Positions 46,506 to 55,003 of a stretch of DNA of 64,000 nt are shown piece by piece. How positions within the stretch are numbered: position 1 is the stretch's first letter; each line of letters opens with the position of its first letter. The notes beneath the pieces are model-generated. The model saw only the letters and a list, made by a program, of their open reading frames with translations, made no database searches and was not told where the DNA came from. Position numbers and translations under genes: made by a program. The stretch is from Zestosphaera tikiterensis (GTDB taxonomy: Archaea; Thermoproteota; Thermoprotei_A; Sulfolobales; NBVN01): positions 133,587 to 197,586 of the forward strand of contig NBVN01000004.1 of NCBI GenBank assembly GCA_003056265.1. The letters run 5' to 3'.

Positions 46506-48890
46506 TTAACCCTTCCTACTTAGGAAATCCATTAAAGACTTACCCTCTTTTTTAACGGCTTCTAACTGCTTATCCGTAACTCCAAAGTACGAAAGTATTC
46601 TTAAAGCGGCTGGGATTACTTGATGCTTTACGTAGTACTCGACGTCTATGTCCTTATCCTTAACCATCATGTAGGGGTAAGCTCTAGAGGATATGTTTCC
46701 AGTGCCTTTAACTATTACATACCCAACCTTACTCCCCACATCTACTTTAATGCCTAGATTCTCAAGTCTTTTAGCGGCTGCTACGTGAGGAGCGTCCACC
46801 TCATAATCGTCTATTCTCTTAGTTAAAGTCTTCCATATTATCAACTTGTCGATAGGTATCTTACCGCTTCTTAAGTCCTCAATAACTTTCCTCACGTGGT
46901 TTATCGCGTCATCAACTCTTTTAGTAGTTAAGATGAGCTTAGCTACCTCCTCCTGCACATCCCTAGCTATGTCTGTCCAGTCACCCCTCACAGCTTCAAA
47001 ACCGACGATGTCTATCCTACCGTCCTCCGTTAAGCCTACATACCTCTTCTTAGCTTCAGTGAAGAAAACCCGTTTGTAGATTTTATCTATTTTTATCTCA
47101 AGACCTAACGCTGAGTTAACTTCATCGACGAACTTGCTTATTAAGTCCTTAACGTAGGTAACGAATAGGGAGTCCGTATCCCCGTAAATCACTCTTAACC
47201 CTAGCTTACCAGCTATTTTAATAGCTTCAGTTATTGTTTTACGTCCTAACGCTGTAACGGCTTCAGCGCCTTCCCTGAAGTACCAACGAGCTCCAACCCA
47301 ACCCATATATCCGTAGGAAGCGTTAGCTAATACTTTAAGTGCTCTTTGCCTTTCGTCAAGAACTTTATACTCAGGGGATTCAGGGCTTAAACTCTTCATT
47401 TCCTCCCTAACTGCTTTCCTCATCTTTAATAGAGTTTCTAAAACGTTTTTGTAGAATCCCGGCGGGCTAACTCTAAACTTATACTTCAGCTCTGGTATGA
47501 TGTAGCATTCGTTAACACCGCATTCGCCGTCAACGTATGTGTCAGGACCTATGTTATATTTAATCATGATGTTAGGGTACATTGAGGTGAAGTCCAACAC
47601 CGCTATATTTTCATGAACGCCTTTAGCAGGCTCTAAAACTATAGCTCCTTTGTAGGGTTCGTACTCCCTCTCAACTCTATTAGGTATGAGCTCACCGTAT
47701 TTAAAGGCTTCACGCATTAAATACCACTCAAGTCTATAACCGACTGAAGCAGCCCCTACCTGATCTAAAGGCAGTCCTGTAAGGCTTGATAACTGCATAG
47801 CGAAGGGTAGGAACTTCTCAGCTATGCCTAACGTGGATATCGCGTCTTCCTTAGCATATTTCTCAAGTAAGGGTCTCTTGCTTAAGTCGTCCCAGAACTT
47901 ATGTATTTCATACCAAGGTATTAAAGTGCGTTCGTCTTTCTTCATAACCCCTAGATAATCGGCTACCTCATCTAAGGACTTCAGCTTAATCTCAGGTATT
48001 TCCTCGGCGAAGTTGTAGAGGTCTACGTGAAGCCTCCCAGGAACTGATATATGTCCGTAAGCCGACTGTCTTGGGATGCCGCCCTTAGCTCTGCCAACAT
48101 CTAGCTTAACCTTCAGGAATTCAGACCTGCTGAGTAGGTATTGCCAGTCAAACATGTTTGAGTTATAGCCTACTATGATGTCTGGGTCGTAAGTTAACAC
48201 GTAGTTAACGAATTCCTCAATAAGTTTTCCATCGTTGTTTAAATCCTCAGCGGTAAGTACTTTAACGTCTCCGTCGTTGTTGGCTAACGCCACTATGATT
48301 ATAGGGTCTTTAGAAGGCCTTAAAGACCCTGAGGGGCTGTAAACCTCTATGTCAAACGCTAAAACCTTAAGCTTCGGTGGTAGGTTCCTCTCAATCCTTC
48401 TTAAACCACTCTTTAAAAGATAGACCTCGGGAACTCTATATCTGGCGTCCCTACCTAAAGCCTCAACTTCAGCTTCATACCAACCGCATGGGAGGGCGTC
48501 CCTATCTATTACGTACCTCATGGAGAACCTAATATCCGCTTCTAAAACTTCCTTAACCCCAGGTATTTTAGAGACCTCATCCCTATAATGTCTTACGCTT
48601 TCAGGGATTAAAGTGGTTATTTTTAAAGCTTTCACCGGCTTACCGAAGTATTTCTTATCGACTTCAACGACTTCAAGTATGGGGGAGGAAGGCCTGCTTA
48701 AAGCCTTAACCCTCCTCTTCACTTCAGGTAATACCTTCTCATCCTCAACCAAGGCGTAGAAGTAAGGTCTGAAGGTATTATCCTTAATTAAGATAGGGGT
48801 TGAGTCCTCTTTTAAACCCCACATGAGAATTACTGGTACGTTACCCTCAACTTCATAACTAACGTCTAAGAGGTAGAAACGCATCAACAC
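46506..48890 (-). CDS. polB: Family B DNA polymerase
   Basis: Exo I FDIEV, Exo II NMFDWQYL, Pol A DFTSMYPNI, Pol B KVLANASYGY, Pol C YGDTDS. Confidence 0.9.
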   Translation of the reverse strand: MLMRFYLLDVSYEVEGNVPVILMWGLKEDSTPILIKDNTFRPYFYALVEDEKVLPEVKRRVKALSRPSSPILEVVEVDKKYFGKPVKALKITTLIPESVRHYRDEVSKIPGVKEVLEADIRFSMRYVIDRDALPCGWYEAEVEALGRDARYRVPEVYLLKSGLRRIERNLPPKLKVLAFDIEVYSPSGSLRPSKDPIIIVALANNDGDVKVLTAEDLNNDGKLIEEFVNYVLTYDPDIIVGYNSNMFDWQYLLSRSEFLKVKLDVGRAKGGIPRQSAYGHISVPGRLHVDLYNFAEEIPEIKLKSLDEVADYLGVMKKDERTLIPWYEIHKFWDDLSKRPLLEKYAKEDAISTLGIAEKFLPFAMQLSSLTGLPLDQVGAASVGYRLEWYLMREAFKYGELIPNRVEREYEPYKGAIVLEPAKGVHENIAVLDFTSMYPNIMIKYNIGPDTYVDGECGVNECYIIPELKYKFRVSPPGFYKNVLETLLKMRKAVREEMKSLSPESPEYKVLDERQRALKVLANASYGYMGWVGARWYFREGAEAVTALGRKTITEAIKIAGKLGLRVIYGDTDSLFVTYVKDLISKFVDEVNSALGLEIKIDKIYKRVFFTEAKKRYVGLTEDGRIDIVGFEAVRGDWTDIARDVQEEVAKLILTTKRVDDAINHVRKVIEDLRSGKIPIDKLIIWKTLTKRIDDYEVDAPHVAAAKRLENLGIKVDVGSKVGYVIVKGTGNISSRAYPYMMVKDKDIDVEYYVKHQVIPAALRILSYFGVTDKQLEAVKKEGKSLMDFLSRKG

Positions 48891-48946
48891 CTTCTAACAT
48901 CCCGTTGAAATATCTGTTTGGGAAGTAATAACGATTGAGGAAAACT

Positions 48947-50305
48947 TTAGGAAGCCCTAGTTAAGTACGTCACAACCTCATCCGCTAACTTCGCGGACTT
49001 CTCATATACGGCATCCATGTTTAAATACTCCCAAGAACCAAACCTTCCGTGTGGGTAGACACCGTATATCCTCAACTTATTAACGACCTCCTTTAAAACT
49101 GAGCTTCTAATGGTGTCGTATATTATGTAGGCGTCAGCCCAACGTCGCACTACCCCGAACTCCAGCTTTGGATTTCTTACAAGACCTGACCCCTCTAAAT
49201 CTTGGTAAACCTTATGAATGAGTTCATCATCGCTTACGGCGTTCATCTCATCCAAACTTCTGAAGGAGACTTCAGCTATTAACGCTACACCACCTTCAGG
49301 AGCGTTACTTCGTGAGAAGTTACTTAATATAGCAACTCTATGGAATAACTCCTTACTGCTTGGGAAGTAAACCCAATGGTAGGGTAGCGCCTCCCCCCTT
49401 ACCGCCAACCCCACGACCGCTAGGGGAATAGATCTTAAAGCCTTTAAAGAATTGCTTAAGTCGTTAAGTAACTCGCTTAGGACTTCAGCAGATCTATTTA
49501 AAGGCGCTGTAAATACTACCGCATCGCAAACCTTCTCAACACCTTCAGCTTCAACTAACAACTTACCGTTTATTGATTTACGGATAAGCTTCACAGGCTT
49601 GTTTAACAAAACCTCAACGCCTTCGTTGACGATTTCCTTGCTTAACGCCTTAGCTAAAGACTCTATACCGCCTGATGATGGGTAGTAAAAATTAAGTTGA
49701 TGTGTATAACCCTCTACGCTTAAACCTACAGCACTTTTAACGACGTCTTCTAAAGGTGGGTTTGGAATCCTTCCCTCAACCCACTCAAGACTTACTTCGC
49801 TTAAGTCCACCTTCCATATCTTCTCGTTATAAGGTATTAAGTACTTACTCGCTATAGCGTTTCCAAACACGTAGACTATCCACTCACGGAAATTCTTAGG
49901 TTGTGGTAACTCACCCTTAACTCTCTTAACGTAGGTATTAATTAAATCCCACACGCATTCAAACCTTTCCTCAGGGGGTAGGTCACCTAACCCATTCTCA
50001 AATGGGTATTTCACGAAAGTTCCTTTGTAGAATATCTTAGCATTTCTATAATGTTTAACCACATCCCACTTAAGTAAGTTAAGCATTTCGTTAAGAGTCC
50101 TTAAATTCTTACTAAATAATATGTGTGAACCGCCGACGTCGAATGTATATCCTGAGATAACTTCAGACTTTAGAAGGCCGCCGACTCTATCGCTTAACTC
50201 AATCAAAGTAATGTCCTTCACACCCTTGATAAGGAGGTGGTAAGCTGTGGATAGGCCTGCAAGACCACCCCCAACAATACACACTGACTTCCTCCCCATA
50301 AACAC
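48947..50305 (-). CDS. FAD-dependent oxidoreductase (amine oxidase / protoporphyrinogen-oxidase-like fold)
   Basis: N-terminal dinucleotide loop VCIVGGGLAGLSTAYHL; 452 aa. Confidence 0.7.
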   Translation of the reverse strand: MFMGRKSVCIVGGGLAGLSTAYHLLIKGVKDITLIELSDRVGGLLKSEVISGYTFDVGGSHILFSKNLRTLNEMLNLLKWDVVKHYRNAKIFYKGTFVKYPFENGLGDLPPEERFECVWDLINTYVKRVKGELPQPKNFREWIVYVFGNAIASKYLIPYNEKIWKVDLSEVSLEWVEGRIPNPPLEDVVKSAVGLSVEGYTHQLNFYYPSSGGIESLAKALSKEIVNEGVEVLLNKPVKLIRKSINGKLLVEAEGVEKVCDAVVFTAPLNRSAEVLSELLNDLSNSLKALRSIPLAVVGLAVRGEALPYHWVYFPSSKELFHRVAILSNFSRSNAPEGGVALIAEVSFRSLDEMNAVSDDELIHKVYQDLEGSGLVRNPKLEFGVVRRWADAYIIYDTIRSSVLKEVVNKLRIYGVYPHGRFGSWEYLNMDAVYEKSAKLADEVVTYLTRAS

Positions 50306-50515
50306 GACCTCATCGATGAGTAAGGTTTCCTACACTCACGTCTTTACGTCCCTATGCTTAAACTCCTGCTTAAGAACCTCACCAACCTCCACGAGGAAGG
50401 CCTCAACCTGAGGTTTTACAAAACCTCTTATTAAATGACCACCACATAAGACGTCATGGTCTAAACCTAAAACTACGTGAATATGCGTGAATATCCTGCC
50501 ATCGCTTCTAAGCAT

Positions 50516-50665
50516 CTGACCTCCTCCCCGCCTTTAAAGGGTGGGGGTTCTTGGTGTTGTTAGGGTGGGGAGGTTTGGGGCTACATCCTTTTTGTTTAGC
50601 CCCGGGCTGGGTTTCCAGCCCATTACCCCTACCCCTTCTAGGGGGTTTGGGGTTATGGTTAAGCC
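50516..50665 (-). ncRNA. Putative omegaRNA (reRNA) scaffold overlapping the tnpB 3' end and right end of IS-2
   Basis: About 150 nt are conserved at nucleotide level with 61085-61234 and 54165-54309, including the hairpin gggctgg-ara-cccagccc and the terminal ggcggggaggaggtcag. The location matches known TnpB omegaRNAs. Confidence 0.5.
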
Positions 50666-51913
50666 TTTGATTAAGATGTTGTATGCCGCTGTTATGTCTG
50701 CATTGAATACTTTGTTCAGTTTCGTACATTTAAATAGTCCTCTCGTTATTCTTTTTCCGCAACTATCGCCGTGTATTGGGCATGTTGTAGATGTGTAAGA
50801 TTCATCAACGAATAATACCGCTACCCCATATTCTTCACTAACTTCGTTTAATCTCCTCAACAGGTATCCGTAGCTCCACACCTGAACAGTGTTGAAGTTT
50901 CCGCTCTCCTGGGCGATGTTCTTCGGGTAGCCAACGTAAATTACTGAAACTCCACTCCCGTAGAGTTGCTCAACGAGTCTTCTAATTTGCGTGTTTATGA
51001 AGCTCTTCACCTCCTTACGCCACTTCCTATACATTAGCCTAAGCTTTCGTGAAGACTTAATACCATACTTGTTAATAATGTTTTGATATTTAGCGATCCT
51101 CTCCCTCCAGTAGTGGGATATAGATTTAAGAGGTCTACCATTAACTAGTAACGATGTCCCATCCTCAACATATACTGCGAATAAGTTATTCACACCGATA
51201 TCCACTCCAGCCCTCAAATCGCCTTTGGAAGCCTGAGGAACCTTCCTCCACACACCTCTAACAGCTTTCTCATAAACTTCGAAGGATATGTAAGCATACC
51301 ATTTCTTAGAGTCGGCATCGTAATGTATTTCAATCCTGCCCTGCTTACCCTTTAAGTGGATTAACCCTCTGTACTCCATCTCTATCCTCCCTACGGCTCC
51401 CAGTCCCTTCAGAACTATCTTATTTCCTTCAATCCTATACTGATCGTTTCTCAGCACAGCCCATAACTCTCTAACCTTCCCTCTCTTTTTATATCCGGGT
51501 GGGTTGACTTTTGCTATGTATGGTGGTAGCTTTCCCTCTTTCTTAGCTTTCAGTAGGCTGAAGAACGATCTCCATGCTTCACCATTCTTATTAAGTACTT
51601 GCTGAGCTGTCACAGAACCTATCAACGATTTATACTTCTCGTAGAACTCTCTATATGTTTCCTTCAAATCAACCCCTTTTCCTTTGAAGAACTGCCTCCT
51701 CCTAACGTAGTTTACTTCATTCCATAGCTTGGATGTTAAGCTACATAGGGCCTTCAACCTTACTTCAGATTCATTATCTGGTACTAGTCTAACGACACTA
51801 ACCCTCCTACATTCGGGAACCAGCCGTGGAGGGCATAGAGAAGATAGAAAGACATGGCATGACGCACCCTCCAAACCACAACCCTCACCCACCGCTTGAG
51901 GATCGCCCTCCAC
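50534..51913 (-). CDS. tnpB: TnpB (IS605 OrfB family)
   Basis: 459 aa. Motifs: GVDIGVNNLFAV (RuvC-I), zinc ribbon CPIHGDSC...C, and NADITAAYNI (RuvC-III). By eye it is roughly 80 percent identical to 59859-61217. Confidence 0.9.
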   Translation of the reverse strand: MEGDPQAVGEGCGLEGASCHVFLSSLCPPRLVPECRRVSVVRLVPDNESEVRLKALCSLTSKLWNEVNYVRRRQFFKGKGVDLKETYREFYEKYKSLIGSVTAQQVLNKNGEAWRSFFSLLKAKKEGKLPPYIAKVNPPGYKKRGKVRELWAVLRNDQYRIEGNKIVLKGLGAVGRIEMEYRGLIHLKGKQGRIEIHYDADSKKWYAYISFEVYEKAVRGVWRKVPQASKGDLRAGVDIGVNNLFAVYVEDGTSLLVNGRPLKSISHYWRERIAKYQNIINKYGIKSSRKLRLMYRKWRKEVKSFINTQIRRLVEQLYGSGVSVIYVGYPKNIAQESGNFNTVQVWSYGYLLRRLNEVSEEYGVAVLFVDESYTSTTCPIHGDSCGKRITRGLFKCTKLNKVFNADITAAYNILIKGLTITPNPLEGVGVMGWKPSPGLNKKDVAPNLPTLTTPRTPTL

Positions 51914-51987
51914 AACCAGCCCCTAAAAACAATAAAACGCAAAAACTTATAAACCCTTCCCCACCACAAAAGACGAGGCTGTTTCTA

Positions 51988-52236
51988 AGGTATTGAGACC
52001 CTAAGATATTGTGAATAGGTCTTAATTACTTGAAATTTTATAATCTACTAAACTTGTAAATGTATCGGTGACTTCGGGGTTCCGAAATCCGTAGGGCTTT
52101 GAAGCTCTAGGCAACTAGAATAGAGCAGAGCTACTGCGGTGAGGGGCTCCGAGAGGAAGCGTGATAAACCAAACCACTGAACTAAAAGCAATTGAAAATA
52201 TCAAGGAATACCGTGATCTGGAGAACGCTTTCTGTT
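51988..52236 (-). mobile_element. PATE/MITE-like element, family D copy 2, in tandem with IS-2
   Basis: The minus strand starts aacagaaagcgttctccagatcacggtattccttgata next to CTAC (rc at 52237-52240) and ends caataccttag, directly abutting the IS-2 left end. It matches 15704-16007. Confidence 0.6.
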
Positions 52237-52538
52237 GTAGAAACCTGAAAGCGAGAGCACTTCAAGTATTTTGTTTTCCTTACTTACGTATTCCTTAACC
52301 ACGTATTTTTGAGTTAGCGTGTCGTAGAAAGCAATCTCGGCTTTCTCAAACCCTCCTATCCCGAATATCATCCCTCCTTTTAACCCGTTCTCTAGAACGA
52401 CTTTCTCCACATAGTCCGGTAAGGTAGAACCTTCCGGAACTTTAATCGGTTTAATCATGGTTCCCATAGTTCCTACCCTCATGTATATCATCGACGTAGG
52501 GCTATATTTTTAACTTTAAAGTAGACATATATCTTAAG

Positions 52539-53351
52539 GTGTTTAATTTGGTTAAGACGTTTAAGTTAGGTATTGAGCCTCTTGACATGGCCTTACCTTC
52601 AGGGCTTCCCTATAGCTCGCTATCTGTTGTTGCGGGTCCTGGCGGTGTCGGTAAGTCGGTAATGCTTGCTCACATCGCTTGGAATTTCCTTAAGAGTGGT
52701 GGTAGCGTTGTCTACGTGAATTTCGACGACTCTTCGGAGGCGGTTCTTTCACTATTTAGAGATTTTAACTGGGACATAGACGGTTACGTTGATAAAGGCG
52801 CGTTTCAGATAATAGACTGCTTTAGCTTTAGGTTAGGACCTTTTAAAAAACCTGTTAAGGGTGTTGTTAGGGATTTAGAGGTAAGGGATTTAAACTCTTT
52901 AATGTACGCAATTAACGACGTCGTTAGTAAGTCTAAAACGAATACGTTAGTCATTCTAGACTCTATAAACGAGTTTATGTTTAAGTTTGAAGTAACTCAA
53001 GTTTTAGACTTCATCAAGACTTTAAGGGCGGTAGTAGCTAAGGGTTTAGGAGCTATAGTCTTGGTTACCGTACACGTAACTACGGAAGACCTGCAGGCAC
53101 TCGTTCAACACCTTGAGTATTTAGTCGATGGCGTGATTGAGTTAAGGCTTCAACCATCCCTCCTCGAGATCGGTATACCCGTTAAAGAACTACTCGTTAA
53201 GAAGATGAGGAGCGTCTCAACAAACCCGATATGGATACCGTACGTAATAAGCGATTCAGGGATTTCAAGCGTGGATATGGAGAAACTCGTGAAGTTCATA
53301 AAAGCTAAAGTAGCTGAGGCGGAAACGCTTAAAAAGCTGATTTCAGGCTAA
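52539..53351 (+). CDS. KaiC/RecA-superfamily single-domain ATPase
   Basis: Walker A GPGGVGKS and Walker B LVILDSI, with a LLVKKMRSV motif typical of KaiC-like archaeal ATPases. GTG start. Confidence 0.7.
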   Translation: MFNLVKTFKLGIEPLDMALPSGLPYSSLSVVAGPGGVGKSVMLAHIAWNFLKSGGSVVYVNFDDSSEAVLSLFRDFNWDIDGYVDKGAFQIIDCFSFRLGPFKKPVKGVVRDLEVRDLNSLMYAINDVVSKSKTNTLVILDSINEFMFKFEVTQVLDFIKTLRAVVAKGLGAIVLVTVHVTTEDLQALVQHLEYLVDGVIELRLQPSLLEIGIPVKELLVKKMRSVSTNPIWIPYVISDSGISSVDMEKLVKFIKAKVAEAETLKKLISG

Positions 53352-53356
53352 CCGAC

Positions 53357-53587
53357 TTGAAGGCGATAGTAAATATACTACCCAACTGCAACCTATGCGG
53401 GCTATGCGTTAAATACTGCCCAACAGAAGTATTCACAATAGAAGGCGATAAAGTAAGGGCATATAGCGAAAGATGCATCTACTGCAGAGCTTGCGAACCT
53501 CTATGCCCTCAAAAAGCAGTACGTGTAGAACTAGATAAAACATCGATAAAAACATACGTGGAAACACCCTACTTTAAAACGAAATAA
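53357..53587 (+). CDS. 2x[4Fe-4S] ferredoxin-like protein
   Basis: CNLCGLCVKYCP and CIYCRACEPLCP cluster motifs. TTG start 5 nt after the ATPase stop. Confidence 0.8.
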   Translation: MKAIVNILPNCNLCGLCVKYCPTEVFTIEGDKVRAYSERCIYCRACEPLCPQKAVRVELDKTSIKTYVETPYFKTK

Positions 53588-53621
53588 CACTTTTAACCCT
53601 AGTTAAAAAGATAATTATGGT

Positions 53622-53709
53622 GCCGGGGTCGCCTAGCCTGGTAGGGCGTCGGCCTGCTAAGCCGATGGGGGATCACCCCGCGCGGGTTCAAATCCCGCCC
53701 CCGGCGCCA
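53622..53709 (+). tRNA. tRNA-Ser (anticodon GCU), long variable arm, CCA encoded
   Basis: Acceptor GCCGGGG/CCCCGGC, anticodon loop CTGCTAA, variable arm tgggggatcaccccgc, T arm GCGGG-TTCAAAT-CCCGC. Confidence 0.9.
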
Positions 53710-53784
53710 ACATTTAAGTGTCGTCTTTAATGGTAGCCTCATAACTTTAATCGTTTCAAAACTTACGTATAAAGGTGGTACTCA

Positions 53785-54562
53785 ATGAAGTTTACTTCGC
53801 AAAACTATGAATGGGGTGTTAAAGTCCTTAAGGACTTAGTGGCGATACCGACGGTAAATCCTCCTGGGGAGCATTATAAGGATTTCGCTTACTATAGTAA
53901 GGAAGTCCTGGAGGGTATGGGTCTTAAAGTTGAGGTTGTTGAAGTGCCTAAGGAATACGTGAGTAAGCATTGCAACCGAAAGCTTCGCTTCTTTAGGGCG
54001 GGGATGGGAAGGTTTATAAGTTGTTTCTTCTAATTTGTTTTTGGTGATGATGTTTAATGTGTGTGGGAGGTAAGCCTCAAGCAAATCAGCTAAAGCTAGG
54101 TATACAACCCATACTATGCCTCCCACATGAAGTTTTGAGGCCTTTAGAGGTCGATGATTGATTAGGTATTCCATAACCTCGAGTCCCTCAGGGATAGGGG
54201 TAATGGGCCGGAAGCCCGGCCCGGAGGTGAATGGAAAGAGATGTACCTCCAAACCGATGAACCGCCCGAAGGGGGGAACCCTCGCCCTTCAGGACGGGGA
54301 GGAGGTCAGAGACCCTAACTCAAAACTCGTCTTAACAGCTAAGGAGGCTGGGAAGGAAGTCCTAGGAACTGAACCTAAAACTACAGTATGCTTAGGAGGT
54401 CTGGACATGAGGTTCTACACAGAGAAGAACATACAGACAATAACCTACGGACCTGGAATTTTAGGGAACGCGCATATAGCGGATGAATACCTACCACTAG
54501 AAGAATTCAATAAAATGAGCGATATCTACTACACGCTACTAAGGAAGCTTTTAAGAAAGTAA
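53785..54562 (+). pseudogene. M20-family peptidase/deacylase (ArgE/DapE/CPG2-like) reduced to N- and C-terminal stubs around a MITE
   Basis: The N-terminal stub 53785-53973 reads LVAIPTVNPPGEHYKDFAYY.... The C-terminal stub 54310-54562 reads ...CLGGLDMRFY...ITYGPGILGNAHIADEYLPLEEF.... The roughly 250-aa catalytic core is absent. Confidence 0.7.
53974..54309 (+). mobile_element. TnpB-less MITE (family A copy 2) retaining the left end and the omegaRNA-like right end
   Basis: The left end is aaccgaaagcttcgcttctttagggcggggatgggaaggtttataag. The right ~145 nt align with the IS-2/IS-3 right ends (ggataggggtaatgggccggaagcccggccc...cttcaggacggggaggaggtcag). Confidence 0.7.
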
Positions 54563-54770
54563 CCGTTAAAAGTCTTTTTAGCAAACAATATAATTCAACT
54601 TTTTCCTCCTTTCTACTTATTTTTCATTAAATGCAAAATCATAGCTTTAAACACCGATACGTGGATTTCCACGCTATTAAGCCTAGTTATGGGCTTCAAA
54701 AATAAGCTTAGTAGCGTTATTAAAATACCACGTGAAAACTTTTAAGCTTGGTTAGAACATAGAAATAACG

Positions 54771-54858
54771 GCGGGGGTGCCCGAGCTCGGTCAAAGGGGG
54801 CGGGCTTAAGACCCGCTGGCGTAGGCCTGCGTGGGTTCGAATCCCACCCCCCGCACCA
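54771..54858 (+). tRNA. tRNA-Leu (anticodon UAA), long variable arm, CCA encoded
   Basis: Acceptor GCGGGGG/CCCCCGC, anticodon stem GCGGG/CCCGC with loop CTTAAGA, T arm GTGGG-TTCGAAT-CCCAC. TATA-like cttttaag lies about 30 nt upstream. Confidence 0.9.
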
Positions 54859-55003
54859 GGAGATCGTTGGTTAATTAACTACTAATTGTGAGGTTTCTAT
54901 GATTATGCAGCTTTGCTTCAGTGGTTATTGCGTTGCACATTATAAATATGGATGTTAGTATTTGAAGTTGGTGGTAGAGCGTTTTTTAAGGGTTTGAGTT
55001 GCT

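Larger units (their letters stand above)
50516..51987 (-). mobile_element. IS200/IS605-family element carrying tnpB only (IS-2)
   Basis: The right end ...ccctttaaaggcggggaggaggtcag ends at 50516. The left end aaacagcctcgtcttttgtggtggggaagggtttataag lies near 51987. It is closely related to IS-3. Confidence 0.8.
50336..52491 (-). pseudogene. PPC/DUF296-domain gene split by a 1,721-bp tandem MITE-D plus IS-2 insertion
   Basis: The N-terminal part 52237-52491 reads ...GMIFGIGGFEKAEIAFYD...LEVLSLSGFY. The C-terminal part 50336-50515, hand translated, reads MLRSDGRIFTHIHVVLGLDHDVLCGGHLIRGFV...*. Together they make about 144 aa, the normal DUF296 size. Confidence 0.7.

Noticed and set aside
50508-50798. 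Short ORFs across IS right ends (50508-50729, 50541-50798, 60953-61210, 61022-61267, 53836-54252, 54158-54309 portion)
   Set aside because: They run through the GC-rich, structured omegaRNA-like ends of the IS and MITE copies. Their Pro/Gly/Arg-rich products differ between copies, while the nucleotide sequence is what is conserved.
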